A stretch of DNA of 64,000 nt, from assembly GCA_031262585.1 (NCBI GenBank), contig JAISHK010000005.1, positions 9,917 through 73,916 on the forward strand, in the 5' to 3' direction. Positions 20,993-31,600 of the stretch are shown piece after piece; position 1 is the stretch's first letter, and each line of letters opens with the position of its first letter. The position numbers and the translations under genes are program-made. The DNA is from Endomicrobium sp. (GTDB lineage: Bacteria; Elusimicrobiota; Endomicrobiia; Endomicrobiales; Endomicrobiaceae). Under the pieces are notes generated by a model. It worked only from the letters and a program-made list of their open reading frames with translations. It searched no databases and was not told the origin of the DNA.

Positions 20993-21777
20993 ATTACGTT
21001 ACCTCTATTGTAAGTGACCGATAGATTTGCATTATTTTTTATGAAAACTTTTGCAGTTGTACTTGTTGGATTTTCAAAAATATCTTTTACTTTACCTTTT
21101 TCTGCAATTACACCATTTTCAAGTACTGCCATATTATTACAGGTATATTTAATTACGTCAAGGGAGTGTGTGATTAAAATGATAGTAAGTTTAAGTTTTT
21201 TATTTATATCTTTTAATAAATCTAGTACGGATAAAGATGTTACAGGATCTAATGCTGAAGTTGCTTCATCGCTTAAAAGAATATCAGGTGTATTTGCTAA
21301 AGCTCTTGCAATTCCAACACGTTGTTTTTGACCGCCAGAAAGTTGCTCGGGATAAAAATTCTGTTTATTGGCTATACCTACGAGTTCTAAAATTTCAGTC
21401 ACTTTTTTATTGATTTCTTTTTTCTTTTTTTTTGCAACTTCAAGAGGAAAAGCTACATTCCCAAAAACGGTTCTTGAATCAAAAAGGTTAAAATGTTGGA
21501 ATATTATGCCAATTTTTTGTCTGTACAAATTCATTTCTTTTTTTGAAAGTTTGTTTATTTCAACTTTACCTATGCGTATTGTACCAGAAGTAACAGTTTC
21601 TAAACGATTTATACAACGAATAAGTGTGGATTTACCAGCTCCGCTAAAGCCAACTATTCCAAATATGTCGCCTTTTTCTATTTCTAAACTAATGTTTTTT
21701 AGAATTTCAAACTCTTGTTTATGACTTTTATATTTTTTGGATATATTTTTTATTTCTATAAATGGTACTGCCATCAT
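20989..21777 (-). CDS. metN: Methionine ABC transporter ATPase (short, no C-terminal NIL domain)
   Basis: GFSGAGKSTL, IFQHFNL, LSGGQKQRVGIARALA, DEATSALDP. Confidence 0.93.
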   Translation of the reverse strand: MMAVPFIEIKNISKKYKSHKQEFEILKNISLEIEKGDIFGIVGFSGAGKSTLIRCINRLETVTSGTIRIGKVEINKLSKKEMNLYRQKIGIIFQHFNLFDSRTVFGNVAFPLEVAKKKKKEINKKVTEILELVGIANKQNFYPEQLSGGQKQRVGIARALANTPDILLSDEATSALDPVTSLSVLDLLKDINKKLKLTIILITHSLDVIKYTCNNMAVLENGVIAEKGKVKDIFENPTSTTAKVFIKNNANLSVTYNRGNVI

Positions 21778-21809
21778 TCCTCTTAAGAACCTGAAATATA
21801 TAAATTATG

Positions 21810-21856
21810 ATAAACTAGTATTTTGCAATGATACTAGTTTATTAAAACCAAGTCAA
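21810..21856 (-). promoter_or_regulatory. metNIQ promoter overlapped by a 12-bp inverted repeat (candidate operator)
   Basis: Minus strand TTGACT (21856-21851), 17 nt, TATCAT (21833-21828); ATAAACTAGTAT-N9-ATACTAGTTTAT at 21810-21842. Confidence 0.6.
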
Positions 21857-22329
21857 ACAAACGACTGAAACAAACGATTTGTAAAAAAGTTTATTAATAA
21901 AATAATTGTATTTGTTTGCGATGTTGAAATTTATAATCTATAATGAATTGTTCCATCAGAATTCAACTAAGAAAACTGTAAAATATGAACTAACGCTTAA
22001 ATGAAACACGTTGAAATGAACAAGTGAGAAACTAATGCTTTTTAAAATATCTTTTTAAAATTTTAATGAATATTCCTAAAATAATTTTAATTTTGACAAT
22101 TGAATCATAACCCAGTAATTAATATGACAAAACGTTAAAAAGATACTTCAAGTTGCAGTGGTTATATTATTAGATTATCATATAAAAAATTATGAATAAC
22201 TTTTAATTTCGAGTAATTTTAACTAAAATACAAATAACAATCCAATTTATACACCTCTAGAGAGGTATTGTGTAATAAAAAATGCATTTGTCAAGTTTTA
22301 CATCAACAAGTTGTAATAATAGGGTGAAA

Positions 22330-22894
22330 ATGTATAAGAAAAAATACAAATAAAATTACAAAATAAAGACAATAAGAAAATCTATAGGTTTAACACAAAC
22401 TGAGCTGCATAAAAGATCGGCTATATGCGTAATAGTATTGCTTAGTATGAGTTAGAAATTTCAGTTTTTTAACTAAAATTTTATCAAAAATTGCAGAAAA
22501 AACGAATGAAATATTAGTTTATTTTTAGGTAGCAAAAGTCTTTTTGGGATTAAAGAATCATTTGCAAAATATAGTTTTTTACTAAAATACTATTAATATT
22601 TTATATATGATTCAATTGTAGATTTTGTGTATCAAGAGCTTTGTGGTTTTGAAGGAGTGCTCAGAATAATTTTACCTGTAAGGGTAAAATTTGCAATTAT
22701 TTAAAATGGAGATATAAAGGTTTCATTAATAAATCCATAATTATTATATAAAATCTTAAAAAGAAGTTATTGATGTAAAAGTAATGTTTATTAGAATTAA
22801 AGAGAATTATAAAGTTGTAAAAATTGAAAAAGAAGAAGTTAGTATGTGTAATTATGAATTTGTTGAAGTAATAGGGGTAGTAATTAGGTGTTAA
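22330..22894 (+). pseudogene. Decayed XRE-HTH repressor with probable S24 peptidase domain (CI/LexA-like)
   Basis: KIKTIRKSIGLTQTEL, KIGYMRNSIA*YELEIS, TKILSKIAEKT, then FAII*NGD and EVIGVVIR; stops and frameshifts. Confidence 0.7.
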
Positions 22895-23227
22895 TAACGA
22901 AATTATTTAAAACAATAAACAAATAATGATTTTTTATTTAAGAAATAATTACTTAATTTATATTTCGTTTTTAAAAATTTTAAACTTATAATTAGCTATT
23001 TGTCTAAAGATTAATCTTTAGACTGTTTTCCTAGTTTGTACAAATTTGCTGTATTGATTTTTATTATATTTTTCTATTAACAGTGTTTTTAAAATTTATT
23101 TATGTGATGTCTTGAATTTAATATTTGCATTTTTAATTATAGTTTATTACATAAATATGTATAAGTTATGAGTTTATTATTAGTTTTTGTTTTATTTTTT
23201 AGTAAATGGATGTAAAAGTATAAGAGT

Positions 23228-23256
23228 TTGCTTTGAATATTTATTTATTGTAAAAT
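23228..23256 (+). promoter_or_regulatory. argF promoter with overlapping ARG-box-like site
   Basis: TTGCTT, 17 nt, TAAAAT; spacer contains TGAATATTTATTTA versus consensus TGAATwwwwATTCA. Confidence 0.45.
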
Positions 23257-23295
23257 ACTCTTGGTTTAATATAGATAATTTATAGGGTGACGATT

Positions 23296-24222
23296 ATGGT
23301 AAAAAAGGATTTATTATCAATTTATGATTTATCGGCGAAAGAAATAAAAATAATATTAAGTACTTCACTTGAGCTTAAAAATAAAAAAAAGAATCTTAAT
23401 GTTTTTAAAGGTAAAACTTTAGGGCTTTTATTAGAGGAACCTTCAACAAGAACCATGGTGTCTTTTGCAGTTGCTATAGTTCAACTTGGTGGAGTGCCTG
23501 TATATCTTGATATAGAAAAAATGCAATGTTCAAGAGGAGAATCTATTCGTGATACATCGTTGGTGCTTTCTAGGTATTTAAGTGGACTTATGATAAGGGC
23601 TTTTAAACATTCTTATGTGGAAGAATTTGCTAAATATGCCACTATTCCTGTTATAAATGGGCTTACAGATTATGAACATCCTTGTCAAGTTTTGGCTGAT
23701 GTCATGACCATAATGGAATTTCATAAAGCGCGAAATATTGAAGGTTTAAAGAAAATAAAAATTGTATATACCGGAGATAGTAATAATGTTGCGAATTCTC
23801 TTCTTGCGGTATCTGTTGTTTTAGGACTGGATTTAACAATAATTTCACCTAAAGAATATTTAACAAAAAAAGAAATATTAAATAAGGCTTTAGAATACGT
23901 TTTGTCTACAGGTGCTGAAATTAAAATTACAAGTGATATAAATGAAGTGAAGAATGCTGATGTGATTTATACCGATGTATGGACATCAATGGGCTTTGAA
24001 TCAGAAGAAAAAAAGAGAAAAAAGATTTTTATGTCTTATCAGGTAAATAGTGAGTTGCTTGCAAAGGCTTCTTCAAAATGTATAGTTTTGCATTGTCTTC
24101 CTGCTACAAGAGGTGAAGAAATAACGGCTGATATTATGACAAAATATGAAGATGTTATATTTACACAAGCGGAAAATAGACTTCATGTTCAGAAAGCGAT
24201 TCTATTGTACTTCATTAAATAA
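23296..24222 (+). CDS. argF: Ornithine carbamoyltransferase
   Basis: PSTRT, INGLT..EHPCQ, GD.NNVA.S, YTDVWTSMG, HCLP, QAENR. Confidence 0.96.
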   Translation: MVKKDLLSIYDLSAKEIKIILSTSLELKNKKKNLNVFKGKTLGLLLEEPSTRTMVSFAVAIVQLGGVPVYLDIEKMQCSRGESIRDTSLVLSRYLSGLMIRAFKHSYVEEFAKYATIPVINGLTDYEHPCQVLADVMTIMEFHKARNIEGLKKIKIVYTGDSNNVANSLLAVSVVLGLDLTIISPKEYLTKKEILNKALEYVLSTGAEIKITSDINEVKNADVIYTDVWTSMGFESEEKKRKKIFMSYQVNSELLAKASSKCIVLHCLPATRGEEITADIMTKYEDVIFTQAENRLHVQKAILLYFIK

Positions 24223-24485
24223 AAAATATTTTTGCCTCCTTCATTTCATCGCAAAGTCTCATTATTAATACAATGAGGTCGTATTTTGAGTTTGTTCCAA
24301 GTTTTGTCATGAAGAGTTAATCTTACAAAAACTTCTATGTAATGAAAAGTTAGCTTACAGAGGTAGATATAGTTGTTTTTTTTGAAGATAAAATTATTTA
24401 CAAACATAAAGATAAAGAAGAATCTAAAAAAATAATTAAAAAATTAAATGGTAATATTCGTAAGTATATACAAGAGTTGCCGGTG
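24223..24485 (+). pseudogene. maf: Decayed Maf-family nucleotide pyrophosphatase
   Basis: KIFLPPSFHRKVSLL, FEFVPSFV, VDIVVFFEDKIIYKHKDKEESKKIIKKLNG and VYTRVA match the Maf pattern IILAS.SPRR..LL, ADT.V..DG.ILGKP.D.EEA..ML..LSG..H.VYTGVA. Confidence 0.7.
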
Positions 24486-24818
24486 AGATGTTTTATTTTA
24501 TGATTTTTGGCTTGTGTTAGATGATTATTAAATAGTGAACTTCCGTATGTTAGGTAAGTGTTATAAGCTAGCTTGAAAAAACTAAAAAGGTAATAGAATT
24601 AACTAGATTATGAATATATAAATAGCATTATTATTTATAGTGACTAATCTTGGGTTTGGTGTATACGATAAAATTTAGAAAGTATATCGTAGGGAGAGTA
24701 TAATTTTAAAAGCAAGAAGTATTGTTACTATTAAGAGTAATATTTTTTTAAGTTACTTGTAGAAGAAATATAAGAACATTTTTATAAATTCAGTATTATG
24801 GAAATATGCGAGAGTCTT

Positions 24819-25475
24819 TTATTTAAGAACCGATTTACTAGTAGTTACTTTAGAGTTTTTGATTATGTTTATATACCATTCATTTAAAATAAGAATTATT
24901 TTCTTTTGTATTAAAGATATTTTTGTAATAGGTTCATTTTGTTTGACAGTTTGTACAATTTCATAGTTCCATATTTTAACGGAAGACGCTAGAAGTGTTT
25001 TTAATTTATTACCAGCAATTTGTTTTTTTACCAGTGATTCATATTCTTTTGGCCTAATTTGTATAGATGTTAAAAATGCGATATATTTGTTTTTATTAAA
25101 GCACTCATTGTTTTTAAATATTGTAGAATCTTGTAATGCTTTTTTTAATTCATTATTACTGACTGTGATGCCATAAATTTTTGATTGTTGGTAAAAAATT
25201 TCATTTTGTATTAAATCTTGGATAATTTTTATTTTTAGTTCATTTAAATTGTTTTCTGTAAGTTGACTATTTGTTTTTTGTTGGTATATATTAATAAGAT
25301 TTATATAAATAGATTTGTATAAATTGATAGGTATTTTTGAACCGTTTACTTTAATTGCATAATCAGTTTTAGAACTTAAAAAATATGAAACTGTACTTAG
25401 AAAACTACCACCTAAAAAAGCGATAATTGTCACAATAAAAATTATACGTGTATTCCTTCTAAAAAAATTCATCAT
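24819..25475 (-). CDS. SurA N-terminal domain (PpiD-like) membrane-anchored chaperone, no PPIase domain
   Basis: MMNFFRRN plus TM helix, AIKVNG..I, IIQDLIQNEI, YGITVSNNEL; probable start 25475 or 25472. Confidence 0.75.
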   Translation of the reverse strand: MMNFFRRNTRIIFIVTIIAFLGGSFLSTVSYFLSSKTDYAIKVNGSKIPINLYKSIYINLINIYQQKTNSQLTENNLNELKIKIIQDLIQNEIFYQQSKIYGITVSNNELKKALQDSTIFKNNECFNKNKYIAFLTSIQIRPKEYESLVKKQIAGNKLKTLLASSVKIWNYEIVQTVKQNEPITKISLIQKKIILILNEWYINIIKNSKVTTSKSVLK

Positions 25476-26904
25476 TTGCTTTTCTTTTTTATTTTTTGTC
25501 GACTCATTAAAATTTTTTATAGAAATGAGCATCTTCAAAATACTTAATACATTTGTTTTAAGTCGCGGAAAATATTTCTTGTGTCCCATTAACTTTTATT
25601 GTTTCAGTTACAACTTTAATAATAATTTTTATTCCTATGTCACCATTGGTTACTTCGACAGTTGTCTTATAAATGCGCCTTCAGCGTTAATATTACCTAT
25701 AATTTCCACGTCAAATAATTTCATTTTTTATTACTTTTCTAAAATTGCGTTTTTCTCTATAAGAGTTTTAATTTTGTAAAAGAATTTTTTAACCTTTTTA
25801 AACATATTATTTTTTATTAAACTAAGCGAAATAATCTATCAGATACAGTGAGTTTACTGGTTTTACTTTAAAATGAATTTCATAAATGAAAATTAATTGA
25901 TATGTTCAATATTTCTCATTTTTGTAATTAAATGTTTTCTACATGTTATCGTGTTTATTTATATGAGCTTACATTTATTAATATTTTTAAAAGATATCAT
26001 ACGGAGCTCATAATTCCGTAATTTATAATTTTTCATTGCTGCATTCTTTGACAATCCAGTCTGAAAAAACAATTTTGTGATTAGGAGTTGTAACAATATA
26101 GTGCGTGTATAAATAGAATAAAGTAATACATTCGCGATATTAATTCTCTAGAAGAAAGTTTGCTCGAAATAATTGAAGACACCTCCCATCATATGACTGT
26201 CAAGTCTCACCAAGATAGACACAAACAAAAAGACCATGTTTATGATTTTATAGAAAACATTTCAAACGATTTTATGTGTAAATTTATATTAAGCGTAAAT
26301 ATTATATCTATTATTGAGATAAAGTTGTAAATATATTTGCTTAAGCTATCTCGTCCCTCCATGTATTGTCCTAATATTTTTCAATAATGAATTCCTTTGT
26401 CCAAAAAACTGATAATGAACAAATTTTTGTCATCTATTTGTGTTTTCAAATATATATTTTGTTTGTTTAACTCTGTTTACAAAACAACAATGTTATTTTC
26501 ATTATTTTGTTATTCATTTTGATTTTTAAATAATTAAAATATTTGTTGACAAAATATTTAACCACGCCATTAATACAATCCAAAAAATTGTAGGTACACA
26601 TATAAACAAAAAAATATGATAATTCTAAAAGGACTTTCTAGCTCATAGGGAATGAAAAGAATGATAATCCTTATTAGGTCTATCCATTATTTTAAAATAT
26701 CTTCATAAAATAATGGTACCATATAAAATAATTTTGTGTCAACAATTAGTGTTTACGAATATATTAAAATATGAATTCAAAACAATCTGTAAAACATTCT
26801 AATTATGTGGCAAAAATGATTGTATAAAAAGTAATTGAATAGTCAAATTGTGACTTTTAATTGTTCAAAATTTAAATTTACAAAATATGAGTGTGTAAAA
26901 ATTA

Positions 26905-26933
26905 TTGACAGAAAATGATTTTTTTTATATATT
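26905..26933 (+). promoter_or_regulatory. Sigma70-type promoter upstream of tRNA-Thr
   Basis: TTGACA (26905-26910), 17 nt, TATATT (26928-26933). Confidence 0.55.
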
Positions 26934-26998
26934 TACCTTGCTTTGTTTTGGAGTTTACTTTGGAGTTTATCATGAGTTTTAGGAGAGGTATATAGTGT

Positions 26999-27071
26999 GC
27001 CGATGTAGCTCAGTTGGTAGAGCAGCGGTTTTGTAAACCGCAGGTCGTAGGTTCAAGTCCTATCATCGGCT
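26999..27071 (+). tRNA. tRNA-Thr (anticodon TGT), CCA not encoded
   Basis: Cloverleaf: GCCGATG/CATCGGC acceptor, GCTC/GAGC D-arm, GCGGT-TTTGTAA-ACCGC anticodon arm, GGTTCAAGTCC T-arm. Confidence 0.97.
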
Positions 27072-28164
27072 GTTTGTATAGAGTTTATTTCGGTTTCTTT
27101 TGATTATAATTTTAGTAGGTGATGAATCGTTCAAAATTTAGTATTAGTTTAAAAATTGAATTTCAAATTGTTGTTTTTTATTCGTACCTCAGCGTCAGTT
27201 CTTTCAAGTAGCATTAAATCAAAAGCGAGAAGCATTTCAAAAGAGTAGCTAATTTAAGTAATTGTAATGTTTTATCTAAATAATTGGTAAAAGTGTAAGA
27301 ATTAATTTAAAAGTAGTTGCGTAGTTAATGAAAACAATATTATTTGTATTAATGTAATATAATGATGCAATGCGTAAAGCTTTTAGAATCTAAGGTGTCA
27401 AGTGATAAGCTATGAATTTTTATAAATTTAAAGAAAAAGATATTACAAAGATAATGTGGATTATAGAGAGTTAAATGGTAGATATAGCATGGATATAAAA
27501 GCGAAAGAGTTTAGTAATTTTTTGAGTTTATTGTCACTGTAATTTCATATGATACAAATGTAGTGGTTGTTATTGTCGTTGGTATATGAACATATTTATT
27601 AAAATTTTATGAAGCAAGAAACTATTTATGTGTGCATTGATAAGTCTTATAGTGTATTTGAATTACTAAAAATTGTTAGATTTTTGAATTTATGGAATTT
27701 AAGATTTCTTAAAGTATTCTATAATAGCTTGTTCGATTAATAATATTTGAAACTAAATTAAACTAGAGTAGTGAAATTAAATAGTATTAAAAGAAGAAAG
27801 TCAAAAGCGAGGTTTATAATAGTAGTTAATTATTTAAATCTTGTTATAAAATGTTAAAGTCGAGATAGATTCTTTTTATTAGAAGGTCCTTTTGGTTGTA
27901 TATGGTCAGTATTATTTGAGATAGTTGGAAATTGTTAATTTTGTAAAAATAATTGTAGTATTTGAAAAATCAAGTTTAGTGTATGGTCAGTGACTTATAT
28001 TTAATATCTAAATTTAGGAATTATAAGAAAAGTATAAAAATATTGTAGTTTATTGAAAAAAACTGTATTGGTGTAATAGTTGAAATTAAAAAAATATTAA
28101 TTGTAATCTAAATAAAGATATATTTTGTAAAATTTTCAAAAATTTAAAATAAGATTTTTAAAAA

Positions 28165-28653
28165 ATGATTATGAAAAAAACAAATAAAAATGCCAAAACA
28201 AAAAAAATATTTTCATTAAATAGAAAGGCTTATTATGATTATGAAATTCTAGAAAAGTTTGAGTCGGGTGTTATTTTGTCTGGACATGAAGTTAAATCTG
28301 TAAGACATTCAAACGCCAGTCTTGTTGATGGTATTATTAGATTTTCTAATGGTGAATCTTTTCTGGATAATGTATTTATTGCTCCTTATAAACAGATGTC
28401 TAATCATATTGTAGATTATAATGCTAGAAGAAAGCGCAAGCTTTTACTGCATAAGTCTGAAATTAGTAAAATGTGTGCAAAGGTAAAAGAGAAAGGCTTT
28501 ACAGTTGTTCCTTTAAAATTATATGATTATGAAGGGAAAATTAAACTTCTTATAGGATTAGCAAAAGGTAAAAAGATGTATGATAAAAAAGAAGCCATAA
28601 AGAAAAAAGATATTGAAAGAGAAGTGTCAAAAGAATATCGTTCCAGTTTATGA
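28165..28653 (+). CDS. smpB: SsrA-binding protein
   Basis: NRKAYYDYEILE.FESG..L.GHEVKS.R, RKRKLLLHK, GKKMYDKK. Confidence 0.97.
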   Translation: MIMKKTNKNAKTKKIFSLNRKAYYDYEILEKFESGVILSGHEVKSVRHSNASLVDGIIRFSNGESFLDNVFIAPYKQMSNHIVDYNARRKRKLLLHKSEISKMCAKVKEKGFTVVPLKLYDYEGKIKLLIGLAKGKKMYDKKEAIKKKDIEREVSKEYRSSL

Positions 28654-31600
28654 CCAAACATCAAATAGTTGCTTTACAGGCGTCTGCAGGTTCAGGTAAA
28701 ACTTATAATCTTACAAAAAAATATATAAAATTATTATTCGATTCCAAAAGTGACTTGTGTGCAAAGAACATAATAGCTGTGACTTTTACAAACAAATCGG
28801 CTATTGAGATGAAATGTAGAATTTTAGCTTATCTAAAAAAAGGTGCGTTGCTTTTGGATACTGACGGTTTTTTTGACGATTTTAAGCTTTCTAAAGGTGA
28901 AATATCTAAAAAAAGCATCTTCGCTTTAAATAACATTTTAAAGTCTTACGATAATTTTAATATAGATACAATAGACAGTTTTAAAAATCATATTTTAAAA
29001 TCTTGTGCTATCAGTATGAATATTTCCCCTAATTTTGCAATAGAACAAGATTATTCAAAAAATCTTTTATTTGCTTTGGAGACGTTTTTGAAAAATGTTA
29101 ATAGTTCCGTTGATTTAAAAAGGGATGTAAAGAGTTATTTGTCTCAATACTTGATGAACTCTTCAGATTGGATTCCTAAAAATGATATATACAGAGAAAT
29201 AGAAAAAATATTCGAAAAGATGGGAAATATTGGCAAAGATATTTTTAGTGCTGAACCAACGATTGATTATGCTAAAGAATTTAATTTAAAATCTCAGAAA
29301 ATATTAAATGATATTCAAAAATTTTCAACATTGTTACCAGAACTTGATGTTAATAAACGATTAATTAGTATTGTAGAAAAAGTTTTAAGTAAAGGTATTA
29401 TGACGTTTTATTTAATGGATATTAATAAAATTTTTATCGATGATGAACTTGAATATAATAAAGGAGCAAAAGTTAATGATCAGGCAAACGAGCTTTGGAT
29501 AGATATTAATAAAGGAATTAAATCCTTGTGTAAATTTTATATGGAAAATTATTATGACATTTATTCGTATATTTATTCGCAGATTGTTATTGAATTTGAT
29601 GATAAGTCAAAAAGGGACGGCATTGTGTTTTTGAATGAAATTAGTAAAAGAGCTGTTAATTTTTTTGAACGTAATAATGTTATTATGCCGGAAGTATATT
29701 ATAGATTATCAGAAAAGTATAAGCATTTTTTGATTGATGAATTTCAAGACACAAGTTTTGTCCAATGGACTGGAATAAAAAGATTTTTAAAAGAAAGTTT
29801 AGCTAGCGGTGGAACTTTGTTTTATGTTGGAGATACGAAACAGGCTATTTATGCTTTTAGAGGGGGTATGTCTGAACTTTTTGATGAAATGCAAAAAGAA
29901 TTCCCTACAATAGATATTTGCAAAAAATATCTTGAAAATAACTTTAGAAGTGGAAAAGTCATTGTTGATTTTAATAATAATATTTTTTCGCAAAAAAATA
30001 TTGAAATGTTTTTAAATAAAGTTTATAAGAATGACAAAATTAATACATGTGCTTTTACAAAGTTTATTGAAACTTATAAAGTTTCTAAACAAAAAAGCAT
30101 TCAAGAACACAATTATGGTCATGTGGAGATAGATATAATAGATAAGAACTGCAAAAATTTTGAAGAAGAAATAAAACAAAAATTTATAAATTATATTTTT
30201 ATGTTGCAAAAGCGGTTTAAACTTAAAGATATAGCAGTTTTATGTAGGACCAATGATGAATTATGTAAAGTTAGTTCGTGGCTTTTAGAAAAAGGTTTAG
30301 AAATAGAATCAGCACAGACTTTGAATATAAAAAATAATAATATTATAAAACAAATTTTATCTCTTCTTATATTTATTGACTCTCCAATAAATGTTTTGGC
30401 ATTTTCATCTTTTATTATGGGTGATGTTTTTAGTAAAGTTACAAATATTAAAGAAACTGAATTTGAGCAGTTCATTTTTGAGTGTAAAATGGAAAATAAA
30501 AAAGTAACTTTTTATAGACTATTTCGCAGTAAATACGAAAATTTGTGGAAAAAATATTTTGAAGATTTATTTTTGAAGATTGGATTTATTCCAGTTTATG
30601 AATTGGTACTTGTTATACTTGAGAAATTTAGTATTATAAAATATTTTCCAGATAGTAAAGTGTTTATAATGTGTTTTTTGGAATTTATTAAGGAATTTGA
30701 AGTTAAAAATTCAGGGCTAAGGAATTTCTTGGACTATTTTAAAGCAAAAGAGAATATGGAAGGGTTATATATAAAAAAGGCTTTTGAAAGTGGCATAAAG
30801 GTCATGACTATTCATAAATCCAAAGGATTGCAATTCCCTGTTGTGATAGTGCCATTTCTTAAACTTTATAGAAAAAATATCGAAAGTCCTTATTTTGACA
30901 AATCTGGAGAAAAAATAAAGCTATTAAAAATATCAAAAACTATTGCTTATTTTCTAAATAAAGCTGAGGAAATTTATGAGAATGAAAGATTAAATTATTT
31001 GCTTTCAGAACTTAATGGTATTTATGTTTCAATGACGAGAGCAGAATATGAATTTTATGCTATTATTCTTCCAAAAATTGGACAATCGAATAATCTTGCC
31101 CCTTTGTTGTTTGATAATAAAAATTATAATATTGGTGAAAAACAAAAATATGAAAGAAAAGATGTATATGAAGAAGATATATTTTTGGATAATTTTAACG
31201 ATGATTATAAAGATGTTCAAAAATATTTGGCAAGTCGTAAAAAAATGAGTTTTGATATTGGTAACCTTAAAAAAAATGGGACTATTTTACATTATGCATT
31301 GTCAAAAATAGTTTCAGTTAAAAATAAAGACATAAATAATGTTATAGAAAATGCCGTTAATATTACAAAAAGAAAATTTTTCGTTGAAAAAGTTGATTTT
31401 GTTAAGTGGAAACTTCAAAATTTATTTATATCAAAAGATATTTTAGAATTATTTAGTTATGACAAAAATGAGATTTATAATGAGAAAGAAATTATAAATG
31501 CTCAAGGAGAATCTTTTAGAATAGATAAATTTATAATGAACGATAATAAACTTATCATAGTAGATTTTAAGAGTTCTAATTATAATGAGGGCGAAAATAA

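Noticed and set aside
22080-22246. Divergent cro-like remnant opposite the XRE pseudogene
   Set aside because: GAGGT followed by TTG is present, but the frames are too degraded to support an HTH call.
21860-22250. SAM-I or T-box riboswitch upstream of metN
   Set aside because: No S-box or T-box consensus seen on the minus strand; a proximal promoter explains the region.
25480-26900. Minus-strand decayed gene(s) upstream of the SurA-like CDS, including its apparent 38-aa N-terminal extension
   Set aside because: Coding-like fragments, but no family could be assigned; the extension precedes the typical MMNFFR start.
26947-26969. TTTGGAGTTTA direct repeat (2 copies) before tRNA-Thr
   Set aside because: Only two short copies; no att-site or integrase evidence; likely replication slippage.
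27075-28160. tmRNA next to smpB, or an element integrated at tRNA-Thr
   Set aside because: No tRNA-like tmRNA ends, no duplicated tRNA 3' end and no integrase motifs; appears to be decayed DNA.
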